DNA of 64,000 bases from an uncultured Nitrososphaeraceae archaeon. GTDB taxonomy: Archaea; Thermoproteota; Nitrososphaeria; Nitrososphaerales; Nitrososphaeraceae. Positions 63,760-64,000 of the stretch are shown here, piece by piece. A program made the translations under genes and the position numbers. The first letter of the stretch is position 1. Each line of letters begins with the position of its first letter. The notes under the pieces were generated by a model. That model saw only the letters and a program-made list of their open reading frames with translations, searched no databases and was not told the DNA's origin. The DNA lies in the NCBI GenBank assembly GCA_963779615.1, contig CAVZZA010000005.1, positions 544,001 to 608,000 of the forward strand. The letters run 5' to 3'.

Positions 63760-64000
63760 AAAATCAACACATGCATATGTTAGTTTATATCAAAAACAAC
63801 ATGGATAACATAACAGCCCATTTTTTCGAAAAACAACTCCCAATAAAAAAACAACAGGGGAAAACATCACACAACAGCAAAAAACAAGCCGTCAAAAATC
63901 TCATAGCTTTAAAAGGGTACTGCTATACAATATCCGTATGTAAAAACAATGGTTATTACAAGAGCCCAAAAGGAAAAACGCGTTATCGAGCTTTACGAAC
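63760..64000 (+). repeat. Copy 2 of the leader-plus-HTH repeat (runs off the window end)
   Basis: Near-identical to 56480-56722. Confidence 0.92.
63949..64000 (+). CDS. Start of a second copy of the HTH/coiled-coil gene (truncated by the window end)
   Basis: MVITRAQKEKRVIELYE versus MVITRIQKEKRVIELCE at 56671. Confidence 0.75.
   Translation, partial: MVITRAQKEKRVIELYE

Overview
AT-rich (roughly 35-40% GC) archaeal DNA. The gene families point to a soil ammonia-oxidising archaeon of the Nitrososphaerales (Nitrososphaera/Nitrosocosmicus-like): F420-dependent LLM oxidoreductase, MEDS-REC proteins, histidine kinases with duplicated N-terminal sensor modules, YVTN beta-propellers, ChaB, Cam-type carbonic anhydrase, an IS5-type remnant and TATA boxes about 30 nt before start codons. 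This taxonomic call is inferred from family recognition, not from a search. The window is an accessory, low-coding-density region. It holds about 40 recognisable genes: oxidoreductases, transporters, two DUF1254/DUF1214 paralogs, macrodomain, orphan ParB, Coq4-like, patatin, GH5, AlgG-like beta-helix, a two-component cluster, gamma-CA and a large repeat adhesin. Between them lie many short decayed gene fragments. I saw no rRNA, tRNA, CRISPR array, intact transposase/integrase or reverse transcriptase. The most notable structure is: (1) a three-fragment patchwork at 16.36-17.10 kb whose relatives lie elsewhere in the window; (2) a multicopy HTH/coiled-coil gene with a conserved ~190-bp non-coding leader, present twice as direct repeats around a ~6-kb cargo and once as a remnant; (3) five apparently identical GC-rich 279-bp repeats in an AT-rich adhesin gene; (4) a near-identical 68-bp junction repeat between diverged sensor modules of a kinase; (5) an archaeal Coq4-like gene. 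Several single-base homopolymer frameshifts may be sequencing errors.
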